Source: Lophium mytilinum (Eukaryota). From it: a stretch of 64,000 nt of DNA. The notes below the pieces were generated by a model. It was not told where the DNA came from and searched no databases. It saw nothing but the letters and a program-made list of their open reading frames with translations. Of the stretch, positions 62,434-64,000 are shown piece after piece (within the stretch, counting starts at the first letter, position 1; the number at the start of each line of letters is the position of its first letter). The stretch spans positions 442,882 through 506,881 of the forward strand of contig MU004192.1 of the NCBI GenBank assembly GCA_010093605.1, read 5' to 3'. A program made the position numbers and the translations under genes.

Positions 62434-64000
62434 ATGTACCGTATACCAGAGTCGACTCCAACAATGGAGGAATATAGCAACGAATACTGGAGACGCCATC
62501 CCAGCGTAGTCACAGCGTCGCGGAACCTAATCGCAGCGCTGGGAACGAGTGACATCCCGCCGAGACCAAAACCATACGCGACACCGCCACCGCTGCCGAC
62601 GCACATCGCGGAGCTACACGAAGAACAGCGGAGCTTGACCTTCCTGACTGAGGACATGGGTCTAGGTCAAGGTGATGCTGATACGGACAAAGGAGGGTCT
62701 TGGCAGCCGATTGTGTATGGCTTGGGAATCTCCAATTACGATGGCCAGGAGGAGATGGGTGAGTGCAAGATGGCGCAGGAGGGTTGACAATTGATCGCTA
62801 ACGCAGCAGTAGTCAGCGACGATGAGACAGAAATCAACTTCTCCGCCAACGATTTAGAAGAAGAGCTTCGAGGAAACGAGATGAGTTGGATGGGCGAAAC
62901 CCTTCCACATCCTGACGAACTCAAAAGCTTGGATAACAAGCCGCAAGCCCTCCACGTCAGGCAGCCCCTTGGTGTTCTGATCAGCACTGCGCTTCAGAAA
63001 CGCGGCCTAGGAAGTCCCTTCAAGGAAGCGTTCTCCATGAGCCCCCCTCCCAAGAGGCGCTGCACGCAACCGTACTCTCTCCTCGAAACCCTGCTGAGCT
63101 GGCACAAAGCCTTGGACAGTAAAGAGATCCCGTGGGACCAGATCACCGGCCTTTCTGGCCCGAAGAACATCCCAGTGGTGTGCCTGTCCTTCTGGGCAAC
63201 CGATACCGACCCACCAACAGAGCTCTTGCGGATCCTACCCGGTAATGTTCAGAAAGTCCGATATAGCGAGGTGCACACGTTCCGAGAGGGCCTCTCTTAC
63301 CCTGGTAAGTCCTATCTCCTCTACTTACGAAGTCGTGAAACCACGACACTAATCATCTACAACAGACGTCCTATTCCCCGACGAAGCGCAAGTGCAATCC
63401 CACACAGCCGGCCGCTGGACCTTCATCACCATAGCAGAGTACCGACAGAACGTCACCGCCGACCCCGACGCCATGAGCCCATGGCACATCATCGCCTTCC
63501 CGAGCAGCGCGATCACCCGCTCCGAGGAGCGCATCTACGACCTCGACGCTGAAACCATCATGGCGGATTCCGAGGGCGTGAAATCTCTCTACATCTTCGA
63601 CGCCGACGGACTCCCCTACCCGCGCGTAGACTCGCCCGCCCAACGCACCTCCCCGCCCGCCCAAAAGCGACCGTACGAGCACCCTGTCCCGCAGAATACG
63701 CAGTTGTATACGTACCCGCCGCACGTGATCGAGAAGATCGACTCGGCCTACGACCGCGAAGCGCCGGTGTACGCATCAGAGTACGCATCTATGACAGCCG
63801 ACGACGTTGAGATAGACACGGAGACTCCAGACGACACGCTCGACAGCAGTCCCTGCCCCGCTGCGCGCCGTCTCACTACACCCACGAGCTCCTTCACGCC
63901 AGACTTCGGCAGCAGCACTGGCAGCAGCAGCGGCGACCCCTTCTCCAGCTCCCCCATCAGCGAGTACCTTACCTCCTCCCCGACGTCCTCCCCGTTCGCC
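62434..64000 (+). CDS. Hypothetical protein, 3'-partial; introns approx. 62759-62808 and 63305-63365
   Basis: GTGAGT...CTAAC...CAG and GTAAGT...CTAAT...CAG introns link the ORF pieces; the last exon (DVLFPDEAQ...WTFITIAEY...PWHIIAFP) appears open to the window end. Confidence 0.65.

Noticed and set aside
1..64000. tRNA, rRNA or CRISPR arrays
   Set aside because: No cloverleaf, rDNA-like or repeat-spacer pattern recognised by eye; tRNAscan-SE/Infernal would be needed to exclude small RNAs.

Overview
Eukaryotic, intron-containing DNA from a filamentous ascomycete (Pezizomycotina-type short GT-AG introns with CTAAC branch sites). About 26 protein-coding loci are supportable. Conserved genes include farnesyltransferase beta (RAM1), NCE102, mitoribosomal MRP10, SWI/SNF BAF60/Ssr3, an ING/PHO23-like PHD protein, a YEN1/GEN1 nuclease and a secreted aldose 1-epimerase. 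Two accessory-looking blocks stand out. (i) About 24.5-34.4 kb holds an orphan membrane protein, three tandem minus-strand HET-domain genes that all carry disabling lesions, and an intact, intronless bacterial-type haloalkane dehalogenase. (ii) About 37.8-45.0 kb is a compact four-gene group (cytosine-deaminase-like amidohydrolase, FMN-binding split-barrel protein, Zn2Cys6 regulator, amidase); two of its promoters share an 18-bp palindrome-cored motif, suggesting a co-regulated catabolic cluster. Also seen: a 336-bp Tc1/mariner-pogo-type MITE with perfect 21-bp TIRs and a TA TSD, a GC-AG intron in NCE102, and an unannotated Pro/Glu-repeat frame just downstream of Ssr3. No rRNA, tRNA or CRISPR was recognised. 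Family assignments come from motif recognition only; no database searches were run.
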